From the NCBI RefSeq assembly GCF_006345805.1, contig NC_042999.1:169384001-169448000 (forward strand): a DNA stretch of 64,000 bases. Direction: 5' to 3'. Of the stretch, positions 52,270-64,000 are shown one piece after another. A program made the translations under genes and the position numbers. Source of the DNA: Octopus sinensis. Taxonomy: Eukaryota. The notes beneath the pieces are model-generated. The model ran no database searches. It had not been told where the DNA came from and saw only the letters and a program-made list of their open reading frames with translations. How positions within the stretch are numbered: the first letter of the stretch is position 1; every line of letters begins with the position of its first letter.

Positions 52270-53660
52270 ATTTCACCAGAAATCCCAGTCCTTTGTTATC
52301 TCCATCAGCCTTCACCACTTCATTCTGTATCTTCCTGGCCCTTCCTCTTCCATGAGTTCCAGCCACATTTAGTGATTGGCACTTCTTTATACAGCTGTTT
52401 TCATCCATATACATTACGTGTCCATACCAGCTCAGTCTTCTTGAACACAACTGATTCCTCTAGTTTTTACTCATCAGATTTGTACTAATTCTTTCATGTA
52501 CACTCACATTGCACATCCAGTTGAGCATGCTGACTTCATTTCTCAATTTCTTCTCATGTCCTCTGTATTCAAGGCCTATGTCTCACTACTACACAGCATT
52601 GCAGTTCTAGCATAAACATCGTGCAAACTGCCCTTCACTCTTAGAGAAAAGATCTTTGTTGTTAGCAGTTGATAGCTCCCTGAACTTTTCTGCTAGTTTT
52701 CTTTCTGAGTAGCCACTTCCCCTTCTAATTACATCATCATCATCATCATCATCGTTTAACGTCCGTTCTCCATGCTAGCATGGGTTGGATGGTTCGACCG
52801 GGGATCTGGGAAGCCAGGAGGCTGCACCAGGCTCCGGTCTTATCTGGCAATGTTTCTACAGCTGGATGCCCTTCCTAACGCCAACCACTCCATGAGTGTA
52901 GTGGGTGCTTTTTATGTGCCACCTGCACAGGTGCCAGGCGAGGCTGGCATCGGCCACGGTCAGATTGGTGCATTTTACGTGCCACCTGCACGGAAGCCAG
53001 TCGAGGCGGCACTGGCTTCGGCCACGATTCGGATGGTGTTTTTTATGTGCCACAAATAGTTCTAGTGAGCTATCAGGACATCTCAGAGACTCAGTTTCCA
53101 GGTGCTTGTATAAACTGTTGCAGTGTATCTACTGCATATGAAGATTACATTTTCAGACAGCCTGTCACTGATTCCACTATATCTCTTGTGTCCATACCTT
53201 ACATCTAGTACCACATTGGAAGTTTATAACTACTCTTTCACTGCATATTGAGCAAGATCATTTCCCTGAAGGTACCAAGGTCCTATCTCCTTTCCTACTT
53301 AGTCTTTGCCTGGTTAACATTAAGGCCCCTCGATTCCAGGTTTAACTTTCATGTCTGGAATTTCTTCTCTAATTCCCCTGTAGAATCAGCTATGATGACT
53401 AGATCATCAGCATATAGGAGTTCCTATGGGCAGCCAGCCTTAAATTCTTCTGTGATGGGTTGTAAGATTATGATGAAGAAGAGAGGACTGATTCCTATCT
53501 TCATGTTAAATTCATCACTGAAGTGTTCCCAACTCTGATTTTATTTGTTGGATCCTTGTACATAGCTTGAACTGCCTGCTCAAGCCATTCAACTACACCT
53601 AGTTTTTTCAATGCCCACCAGATTATAAAACATGGTACCCTGTAAAACACTATCTCCAAA
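52270..53660 (-). mobile_element. Decayed RTE LINE fragment interrupted by a younger RTE 3'-end copy (52732-53054)
   Basis: ELLYADDLVIIA..LNVNQAKTK at about 53300-53430 and RRLSWYGHV..CQSLNVAGTHGRGRARK at about 52330-52450. Confidence 0.82.
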
Positions 53661-53880
53661 TCAATAAAAGCCACAGTATAGTGGTTTATTTATGTATTTG
53701 GTCAAGTGTTTAAGGGAAAGGAAAGTACTCAGTGCATGTAGACAGTGTTTATTTAACCTAAATTTCTTTTTCTCACAACTCACACTTCATTCTAGTTCTC
53801 CCCTGAAGATAACAGTAGCATGAAACTTGAGCCACAAGAGAACAAAATTTGAAGTGTGTGTGTTTCATCATTGTCATCAT

Positions 53881-54108
53881 TTAACCCTTTAGTCTTCAGA
53901 TTACTCTGTTAAACATAATACTTTTTCACTCAAATTGTTTTGAATTAATCATGCATTATCTTATAGCTTTGAGGTTTCAATGACGTGATTGTTCATTTTT
54001 AGAATGTCAATGTAGGTTAGGTGTGAGAGGCCTGATCTGGTCAGTTTAAACATAAAATAGGTAGAAAACTTTGGCCAGATATGGCCAGTTTAAACACTAA
54101 AGGGTTAA
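53881..54108. mobile_element. piggyBac-type MITE
   Basis: ttaaccctttag..ctaaagggttaa; homologous to 17585. Confidence 0.8.
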
Positions 54109-54292
54109 TGTCCATCTTCCGTATTAGCATGAAATGGACAGTTTGATAGGAGATGGTAAGTCAGAAGACTGCACCAAGCTCCATTATCTGCTTTGCTTGT
54201 GTGTGTGTGTGTGTGTGTTTCTTGCACAGATTCACACATTTTCTAATACACACAAATGGCAGTGCTGATATTGAAACTCATGTCTAATATTT

Positions 54293-54523
54293 GTTTCTTT
54301 ATTGCCCACAAGGGGCTAAACATAGAGGGGACAAACAAGGACAGACAAAGGGATTAAGTCGATTACATCGACTCCAGTGTGTAACTGGTACTTAATTTAT
54401 CAACCCCGAAAGGATGAAAGGTAAAGTTGACCTCGTGGAATTTGAACTCAGAACGCAACGACAGACGCAATACCTCTAAGCATTTCGCCCGGTGTGCTAA
54501 CGGTTCTGCCAGCTCGCCGCCTT
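54293..54523 (-). mobile_element. SINE family C
   Basis: Homologous to 15272. Confidence 0.9.
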
Positions 54524-55243
54524 TAGACTCCTGTCTGATATTGTACTCTTGCCAGCTTTCTTTATGTGAAATGCAACATACACTGCTTATTGGAAGGAGA
54601 GGGGAAGTAAGAGGAAAGAACAGTTGAGCAGCTGATATTGCTTTTGCCATGGTAACACAGTAAAATCAATATTCTTTGTATCCTAACCATGTTCTGGTGT
54701 GATACATTGATGAGCATCTTCTGGTGGCTTAATGACAGTGCAGGTGCTGGTTGGATTGTAGTATGGTAATAGTGATATAATAGTTATTTAACCCATGACC
54801 GCCCTGATCATAACCATTCCAACCATGACTATCCCATCTTTTCAGACATAGTTGATCTTGAACTACGTTATCCAATATGATCTATTTCTTAAGACAGCAA
54901 GATTTTATATGGAGGAGGTTGGGTTACAATTTGTCAAACCATTATGTAGAAACTCTGTTGTTGATTTGTGGTATAAATAGTACAGTGGTATGGTATGATA
55001 TCATACAATGGCATACTGATGCGATATGATAGTCTATTGATGAGTTGATACGATGATTACAGTTCTAGTGGCAATGTTGGCATGGAGATGGTAACAGTTT
55101 TAGTGGTGATAGGGAAGTATTTGTAGCAGCTTAGGTATTATTGGTAGCGGTTATAGGTAGTATAAGTGGTGGAGTTGTTGGCAGCTCGTTGGTGATTGTG
55201 GTGCTGTCACCATTTCTGTCACCATTTCTGTCACCATTATATT

Positions 55244-55463
55244 GGCGGCGAGCTGGCAGAAACGTTGGCCCGCCGGGCGAAATGCATAGCAGCAGTATTT
55301 CGTCTGCCGTTATGTTCTGAGTTCAAATTCCGCCGAGGTTGACGTTGCCTTTCATCCTTTCAGGGTCAATAAATTAAGTACCAGTTATGCACTGGGGTCG
55401 ATGGAATTGACTTAATTCCTTTGTCTGTCCTTGTTTAGCCCCTTGTGGGTAGTAAAGAAATAT
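55244..55463 (+). mobile_element. SINE family C
   Basis: Homologous to 15272; tatattgg on both sides may be a TSD. Confidence 0.9.
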
Positions 55464-57174
55464 ATATTGGTAGTAATGCTGGAGATTATAGTATTGTTGC
55501 TATGTTGGATAGCTTTCCAGTCATTCTTCTGTTGACCTTCCGCACATCAATGTTTTAGTTGTTAATGTACTGTCTTTCTGTGATTAGTTTTATTATTGAT
55601 GGTGGTGGTAGTAGTCAATGATTGTAGTATTGATGATGGTAATGTGTGAAGACAATGGGGTGGTGTAGTGTAATAATAGAAGTTGTATGGATGAGAATAG
55701 TGGAAATGGTAATAGTGATGGACTGTAGGTTGTAGCACCACTGACTCTGATGATGGTAATGGTAGTGGTAAGAGTGCTGTGATAGTTGTAGTTTTGGTTG
55801 TTCTTGGTATTGTAATTTTACCCCATGTTAGCCCTGAATGAACAGGCCTATGAGCAACGGCATAATTTATCTAGGACTACATTATCCAATGTATCATTCC
55901 ATTTTTAAGCTGGTAGCCTGTGATGGGAAAGAGATCTGGATATTATTTCTACTAAGTCAAGAGACTGCATAATGGTTATCTTTTTTTGGTTGGTGGTGGT
56001 GGTGGTGATTGTAGTAATACTGTTGTTGTTATTGGTAGTTGTAGTAGGAGTGGCTCTTAGTATTCATGTATTTATGCTGATGCTAATGTTAATATCACAG
56101 TGGTAATGTATAGTTATGACTGTAGTGGTGTTAGTTTTTTCTGTTAGTATTGTTGATGGTGGTGTCAAAGGACTGTCACTGATGTTATGATAATGACAGC
56201 AGCAGCAACAGTGGTGGGGGGGACTGCTTCTGATAATGTTGATGATTGATACTAGCAATGGTTGTATTGGTGGGAATAATGTTATTATCGGTGTTCTTGT
56301 TGTTTAGTTCCAGGTCTGTTGTTATCTAAGAGACCTACAAGAAATACAAACCATGAATAATCTTGCTTTTTCTTTTATCCAATGTATTCTTCCTTTTATG
56401 TGTGTGTGTGTGTGTGATTTGAGTGCTGCTCTTTCTAGCAGAGTAACAAGTGACTCTATAGCAGCTCTCTCTTCTCATAATAGTATATAGTGGTGACAGT
56501 GGTTATGTCAGGAGCAGCTGAAGGTAGTGTTATTATTCTACAATATTTTGTATAAATACATCTTTACATTCAGTGTTCAGATCCTACCAGGGACTTTCAT
56601 TCATGACTTTCATTCTTCTGGAGTGGTGATGTACCAATCAAGTGCTCTGGTTGATTTCATTAGTTTGAAACAATTTTACCTGGAGAAAATTATAAGTGTC
56701 CCTTGCCTTTGCCTTTTAACCTTTAGAAGTACATTTAGCCCATTGCCTTGTTTCCACCTCAACCTAGCCTATCAGTACCTTTAACGAAGCCTATTCTGTT
56801 GCAAGTACTTAAGCCATGTCTCCTTTCTGATGATAATTTCTTCCTGCTAGTCTCTGAAGCGCTGAGAAGGGTCATGGGCATTGCCATTCTTCCTCTCAAC
56901 AACCCATTAGACATTTTTCTTACCTGTGTAGGATCTTGTTAGCAGTTGGAGTAGAGGTAACAATGAAGCAATTACTTCAATCACAGCACAGTTGTACATG
57001 CAGCAGATGCCATTTTTTTTTCATTCCTACACCCCAAACACACATAAATATACCCGGGAATGTCACCTGAAACATTCCACTGAGAAATTCTCATTTCTAG
57101 CCATCTTTCCTCTCTTTTTTCTCTCTCTCTCTCTTCCACTCTCCCTTAGCTTCTTTTGCAGTTTTATTTATTGC

Positions 57175-57405
57175 TCTTTTTTTTGCCCACAGGGGGCTAG
57201 ACATAGAGGGGACAAACAAAGACAGACAACGGGATTAAGTCGATTACATTGACCCCCGTGCACAACTGGTACTTATTTAATCAACCCCGAAAGGATGAAA
57301 GGCAAAGTCAACCTTGGCGGAAATTGAACTCAGAACTTAACGGCAGACAAAATGCTGCTAAGCATTTCGCTTGGCGTGCTAACCACTCTGCCACCTTGTC
57401 GGCCT
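57175..57405 (-). mobile_element. SINE family C
   Basis: Homologous to 15272. Confidence 0.88.
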
Positions 57406-60104
57406 TACAGTGTTATTGGCAGTGGTGGTGGTGGTAGCAGCAGTAGCTGTAGTAGTAATAGTAGTAATAGTATAAGCAGTTGCAGCAAGCAGCACCACAT
57501 TGATGTCTTCTGAATGGTTTCAGAGACAACAGACACAATGGCAGTCTGACTGACAGCCAGACAGGTAGGAAGTCTCCGACAGACAAATTGTAACGAAGCC
57601 ATAATACAGTGTTTAGGTATTAGTCTTCCTCCTGCTATCCCCCCTCTCTAGTTTTCTCCCTCTCTCTATATCTTCTATGTCTCACATACCCTATGTGTCT
57701 GTCTGTCTGTCTATCAATCAATTGATCTATCTCTATCTCTACCCCCCCCCCACACACACACGCACATTTTTACTAGCACACACACACACACACACACACA
57801 CATATTCACATCCTACAGTCACCTTCCCCCCTTCTAATATTTGGAGTCCTTGTTCTTCCTTTATTCCCTTTTCCTCTAATCCCTTTTCTTCACCTCTTTC
57901 CTCCTCTCTTCTCTTTCATTATAATCCACAAATCTCTTCTATTTTCATTCTCTTCCTTTTCTTCCTCCCACTCTTTTTTTTTCTTTTTTACTAAACATAC
58001 CTTTTCTCTTCTTTCTTCTTCCTCATCTGATTCCACTCTTCCCTCTTTTTCCTTTTCATTGTTCCTGCGTTTTCACATTTCTCTTCCTTCTCCTCTTCCA
58101 CCTCCTCCTCCTCCTTCATCTCTCTCTCTCTCTTTGCCCCCACCCCCCTCCCTCCTTCAGTCAGTCAATCAGATGATCAGCCAGTCCTGTGTAGCGTCAC
58201 ATTCACTGCATGCACACAAACTGCATGCTGAAATGGAAGACAACTGGACTGATTCCATCTCATTGATGATCAAAAGAATTCTATGGTCCCTCTGCTCGTT
58301 GGATGAAGTGAGATTATGAAACTGTGCAAAACCTGCTGCGTCTGCATCACCGCAACATACACAACTATTCACAAGACAAAAGCAAGAACAACAAAAATTA
58401 TTTAACTCTTTACTTTGATCATTGTTGATTTGTATTTATTGCTGCTATGCTTGGTAGTGACTGTAGCAGTGTTCTTGCTATTAAAAGAGGCGGCTTTGAA
58501 TTTCTGTAGATTTTGCATTTGATTGTCATGGTGATCGGAACTGATAGTTTACAGTGCTATTCAGATTTTTAACATCCCTATGCAATACCTGTACACACTC
58601 TCTTAACTATCAATTTATCTCCCTATATACCTATATACCTTACACACACACACCTATACTAGCTTTCATCTGACTGTTATCCCTACAACACACACACGTG
58701 CACAACTCCCAGCAATAGGCATGGATCCTGATACAAAGGTGAGTGAGTGATTTCCTATTGTATTGAGTGAGAGTGTGTCTGCCTGTGAGAGTAAGTTACT
58801 CATGTTATGTTTTGACTTCATTGTATGTGTAAATAAGTGACATGATTATGTTTTTCATTTGCTTTTCCTCCACAAGCTGTGTGTGTGTGTGCTCGTGCAT
58901 ACATGTACACATGTTCTTAAAGAGATTTTGATGCTTTAATATATTTCTAACCATGCTGAAATGCCAATAAAGAAAGAAATGTGGTTAGAGGTTAACTAAT
59001 TGAATTATCAAGAGTTATTCTCAAATTGTTTATGTGGCCTTTGCCATTGTTGTTGTGATATATATTAATGAAGAATATCTAGATATTAATGAAGAATATC
59101 TAGATATTAATAAAGCTAGAAGAGTATTTTCTTCTCATTCCGGTAGAAACAGACTGAAATTGATTAACACCTTTGCAGATGCCTATAGCAAATGGCTACT
59201 TTCTGGGGTCTGTTGTGGTTGAAGCAGACTTATGATTAAAGATGTTTCAGTCATTAACTACCATATTTTTTTAATGTTTTTAGATAGAGTATATCTAGGA
59301 CCACATTATCCAGCGAGTCCTTCCTTCTTAAAAAAATTTTCTAAAATGGGATTTGAGAGAGATTTAGCTGCTGTTTCTGCTATGCTGACTGGCTGCATAG
59401 TAGCTTCCTCAATGGCTTGTTCTGGGATCAAGTTTTGTTTAGTTTTGTTTTATTTTTGTTTTGTTTTTTTATATTTAAAGAAAAGAAAAGAAAGGGACAT
59501 AGAATGAGGCTGAAATAAGACCAGCCTTGCGTTTCTTGAAAATAACAGAAACAGTTGATTGTTGGAATTGTTATTTAGAATGTAAGTTGAGGGCAATCTG
59601 GCTACTATTTCTAGCTGGTTGAGTGACTACCAAGATATGTCCTTGTTGACTTAAGTCAGTAGTGGTGATGATAGTAGCAGTACTTTTTGTCCTGTTGTTT
59701 GTTTTACTTTTATATTTTGTTATTCTATTATCATTATCATTGATTTCCCTTGTTTATATTATTTCACTGAACATGGATCAGAGGGAAAAAGTAGGAGCAA
59801 TATATTTTTCTATCTGGGACACTTTTGGAATACAGTTATTCACTGCTCTCTTCCTACACTCTAGCTCACTTTCACCACTTGTATATCAACTGACCTGTTC
59901 ACCATATCATAGACTTACCACATATTGTCCTTGTCTGCATGTAACGTATCTCTCTTGCTTTACTTGGTCTCTCCAGTTTGACCACCTTGGCTTACTTGTA
60001 CGCCTGTCTAAGAGCTTCCCATTTTATTTTCATACCTATCAAGTCTCTCTTTCTCTCTCTCCATCCCCTTCCCTCTCCCTCTCTCTCTTTCGGAGAGGCA
60101 CTGA

Positions 60105-60372
60105 GCAGCTATACGCACATATACACACACGGCAGTAACTTCCACCTACCGAATTCAATCACAAAGCTCCGGTCGGCTCGGGGCTATAGTGGAAGACACC
60201 TACCCAAAGTGCCATTAATTTATATATTTCTTTACTGCCCACAAGGGGCTAAACACAGAGGGGACAAACAAGGACAGACAAACGGATGAAGTCGATTAAA
60301 TCGACCCCAGTGCGTAACTGGTACTTTATTTATCGACCCCGAAAGGATGAAAGGCAAAGTCGACCTCGGCGG
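60105..60372 (-). mobile_element. Adjacent partial SINEs: family B (about 60105-60215) and family C 3' part (60224-60372)
   Basis: Homology to the copies above. Confidence 0.75.
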
Positions 60373-61180
60373 CCCTTTATGTTTTAAGCTCATATCTTAA
60401 CCAGATAGGACATGGCTGTTCAGCCCTCTTGGTTGAATAAAATAAATAGCAGAAACAGGAGAGCTCTATAGTTCTCTCCTACAATTTGTTCCGTTGTTGT
60501 TATCCTTATTGTCTTCGGTGGTAGATTGGCAGCATCATTAGTGTTGGTGAAAATGCTTTGCAGCATTTTGTTATGACTTTTTACATACTAAATTCAAATC
60601 TCGCCCAATAAAATAAAGTTCCAATCAAGTGTGGGGGTAGGGTCAATGTAATTGACTAAACCTCCTCCCCCAAAACTGATGGTTTATGCCTAAATTAAAA
60701 ACAATTATTATTAGTGATAGCCAAGTCAGCAGAATGCTGAAATAAATGTTTTGTGATATCTAATTATTCTCATCCTTCTAGGTTAATAAAATAAGTACTT
60801 GTCATATATTGGGGTTGGTTAAATGTTCTGTAATCTTATCCAAAATGTGTCCTTGTTATTACAATTATCAATAATTTCCAAATTCCATTTTTAGTCTAAG
60901 TATTTTAAACTATTAGCTTTTCCTTTTGGTCTATATTTAATTCTTGCATAAACACAATATCTCAGGTATATGGAGACAGATAAAATGAGATGGTGTGATG
61001 TACATGCATTTCCCAAGATTGTTAGCAACATGGACTCACCAAACATGCACATACAGTCTCACATGCATTAAAGAAAAGTCATCATTCACCATCATTTTAT
61101 GTAGTTGTTTGCCCTACAAGGAAAAGCAGCCAAATCTTCATATCACACTCTATAAGGAATAACGAAGATATAAGTTAATA

Positions 61181-61480
61181 TCACGTGATCACGTGACCAA
61201 CCAGACCATCAGATGTTGCTACACATCACTGGTCACAACGCATTCGCATTGTTTTAGCCTTTGAATGACGCCACCCCGCTGGCTAAGCGAGCAGGCCAAC
61301 AGATGAAAGAGTGAGAGAAAGAGTACAGCAGGGATCACCACCATCCCCTGCCGGAGCCTCGTGGAGCTTTTTAAGGTGTTTAAGCTCAATAAACACACAC
61401 AATGCCTGGTCTGGGAATCGAAACCGCGATCCTACAACTGCGAGTCCGCCATCCTAACCACTGGGCCATTGCGCCTCCAC
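61181..61480 (-). mobile_element. SINE family A, tail type 1, with 11-bp TSD
   Basis: ataagttaata at 61170-61180 and 61481-61491; body is the reverse complement of 13575. Confidence 0.9.
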
Positions 61481-61491
61481 ATAAGTTAATA

Positions 61492-63033
61492 TATGAGTGG
61501 GTAACCAAAAGAAACCAGAATTTTGCAATATCATTTTCTTCACTTAGTTTTACATGTTTACACTTTTATCACCCCCAAAGTGTTCTCCATTTGACTTGAT
61601 TTCCTCTGTTCGAAGCAATCCTGGAACTCTTGTGAAGTGATACCTTTTAACGCCTCTGTTGTGTTTTTTCTTCACCTCTTCCACATCTGCAAAACATTTT
61701 CCTTTGGGACTTTTTGATTCAGGGGAACAAAAAAAATCACGGGGAGCAAAATCAGGGGATTAGGGAGGATGGGTAAGTGGGGTCATGCCATTTTGGGTCA
61801 AAAACTGTCTCCCACTCAAGGCAGTGGACACAAGTGCATTGTCATGATGAAACCAACACTCTCCACTTTGCCACAGTTTGGGGCGTTTTATCTCACTGCA
61901 TCTCGCAACCGCTTCAGAACTGCCAAGCAAAATGTCTGGTTAACAGTATGACCAGGATGAACAAATTCTGTGTGGACAATTTTTTTCTCAGCAGCCTCAT
62001 CTGGCACCTGTGTCGGTGGCACATAAAAAACACCATCCGAGCGTGGCCGTCTGCCAGCCTCGTCTGGCACCTGTGTCAGTGGCACATAAAATCACCCACT
62101 ACACTCTCGGAGTGGTTGGCATTAGGAAGGGCATCCAGCTGTAGAAACACTGCCAGATCTGACTGGCCTGGTGCAGCCTTCGGGCTCGCCAGACCCCAGT
62201 TGAACCGTCCAACCCATGCTAGCATGGAAAGCGGACGTTAAACGATGATGATGATGATGATGATCAATAAAACAAATCAGCTTCTTCTTGACATTGCACT
62301 TCACTCAATGCACATTTCCTAGGTGTGGTGACATTGAATGCTCCCATTGACTTGATTGCTGCTTCATTTCTGGATCATTCCTGTGTCACCAGTGATGACC
62401 TTCAAAGAAAATTCCAGATTAACTTCCAACTGTTCTTTCAGTTGCGACTGCTTTTGATCTTCCGTGAGCAAGAGAGACACAAATTTTGCTGCAACTCCTT
62501 TCATTTGCAATTCCTTGCTCAAAATTCCTTGGCAGGAGCTCCAGGATACACCAGTCATATCAATAAGTTTGTCAGTTGTTCAGCATTGGCCCTCCAACAT
62601 CCATTCAAGAATTTTCATGTTTTCTTTCGTCTGGGAGGTTGACAGGCGCCTTGAATAAGATTGGTCCTTAAGCAACAAGGAACCATTCCTAAAGCATAAA
62701 AACCACTTGTAAAATTGTGTTTTGCTCATGGTAACATCCTTGTTAGCTATTTGAAGCATGACAACTATTTCAGCTGTCATTTTCCCCAGCAGAAAATAGA
62801 ATTTCATGGAAGCATGTTGTTCCTTCATTTCAACAATTGCAAAAATTGACAAATAGGGGATAAGCACTGTAAAATAAAGATACACCATGCGGCAGTATGA
62901 CTTCACACGATGCTACTAGTTGGCAGACTGATGTCTGAGGGTCACATCAAGTGACTTCTAGTAGTGAAGCCTGAGCTACAGTGAGCTTGTTCCACATAAA
63001 ATGTTTCCAGTTACTTTTGGGTACCTCTTCATA
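61492..63033 (-). mobile_element. Decayed mariner with both TIRs, split by an RTE 3'-end insertion
   Basis: tatgagtgggtaaccaaaag / cttttgggtacctcttcata; pieces MKEQHASMKFYFLLGK..KWF..FRNG, AKFVSLLL..VITGD, IVHTEFVHPGHTVNQTF..LKRLRDAVR. Confidence 0.88.
61992..62264 (+). mobile_element. RTE 3'-end copy inserted in the mariner ORF
   Basis: Repeat units, core and (GAT)n tail. Confidence 0.9.
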
Positions 63034-63821
63034 GTTATCAATACATTATATCTAAAAAAAGTAAAGCTTGCCCACAGTAGATAGATTATAAGTCTGTTCC
63101 AACAATCACAACAATTGCTCTACTATCAATATACTGTCTTCTTTCTGTCTCTTCTTTCACCACTACAATAGTCTCTCATCCTCTGAACTAGCAAACTGAA
63201 ATATCCCCATAGTATTTCACCTCTCTATGAGGACCTTTACAAATCACTTTGTCCTCTTTTCTTTACACAGTACTATGTTTGCCTCACAATCTATGTTTTC
63301 CTAGTGATATTTATCCAAAAAAGATGCCTTCATTTATCTTATTCTTATCACTCACACACATTATGTTTTATTTTCTCTCAAGCCTATATTAAATACTATT
63401 GCTCACTCTTCTCTCCCCAAAATCACATCTTCATGTATCTTACATTTACTATTTCAACCACAAAATTATAACAGTTTATTAACCTTATATGATAGCTCCT
63501 ATTTTCCAGAGAGAAGGAAGTGAAAAATTTGTACTTACTGTTCCTCCACTGCAACATTATGCTGCATATATAAATTTTTCTTAATAGCCATTGAAAGCCT
63601 CTATATGGTTACTTGATCTGTTAGAAATAATAGACAAATAACCTTCAGTCTGCACCCTACCATCTTATAAAAGGACACATAAGATATCTTGTCTAGGGTA
63701 GCTTGGAAGTTCTTATAAAACCTTTCTTTGCAGTCTTTCTTGAATTTCAACCAAATCTTCTTCAAATTATACACCAGCTCCTTAAAAGGGAAAAATATAT
63801 CAGCTAATGAAGTTCTACATA

Positions 63822-64000
63822 TCTTTATATATAAAAGAGAGGTTGTGTGTCTGTCTGTCTCCTACGATTTAGATTCCTAACTACTCCCACATTTTGCGGT
63901 GCAGTTTAACCAAAACCGGGTATCTTATAGTCGTGATTCATATCAAGCCCTTCTGGGTATTAGCGTGCATCTACGATGAGTCTACGATTTAAAAAAAATT
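63822..64000 (+). mobile_element. Helitron-like family E, cut by window end
   Basis: A|TCtttatatataaaa..ctcctacgatttagattcctaac, matching 44586. Confidence 0.85.

Noticed and set aside
59065-59112. Short tandem duplications (also 9611-9650, 32510-32550, 42940-42975, 55205-55237)
   Set aside because: Ordinary slippage duplications with no further structure.
59230-59440. Protein-looking minus-strand frame QNLIPEQAIEEATMQPVSIAETAAKSLSNPILENFLRRKDSLDNVVLDILYLKTLKKYGS*
   Set aside because: No acceptor or start upstream (A-rich context) and no recognised homology; kept only as a BLAST candidate.

Overview
AT-rich, microsatellite-dense animal genomic DNA, not prokaryotic. From the repeat families and simple-repeat density I infer a coleoid cephalopod (Octopus-like). 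The backbone is the 3' half of a large + strand Scribble/LAP4-like gene. I could join ten GT-AG exons, all phase 0, from 3964 to a putative stop at 47643. They encode the PDZ3-PDZ4 tandem and a low-complexity tail of about 210 aa; the LRR and PDZ1-2 exons would lie upstream of the window. The introns and downstream region are packed with mobile DNA: a decayed Ty3/gypsy element with both LTRs, a clean 1004-bp solo LTR with a 4-bp TSD, RTE and CR1-like LINE remnants, about a dozen young RTE 3'-end copies, three tRNA-derived SINE families, several mariner/Tc1/pogo fossils, non-autonomous Helitrons, piggyBac-type (TTAA) MITEs and two large fold-back palindromes. I found no CRISPR array, true tRNA/rRNA gene or clearly new protein system. 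The best leads are a divergent PDZ4 and short tail in the Scribble-like gene, inverted repeat pairs bracketing specific exons, a palindrome with a telomeric G4 core, a 121-bp host duplication next to a Helitron, and an unexplained exon-like island at about 58.2 kb. Exon and TSD coordinates were counted by hand; other repeat boundaries are approximate, and identities are estimated by eye.
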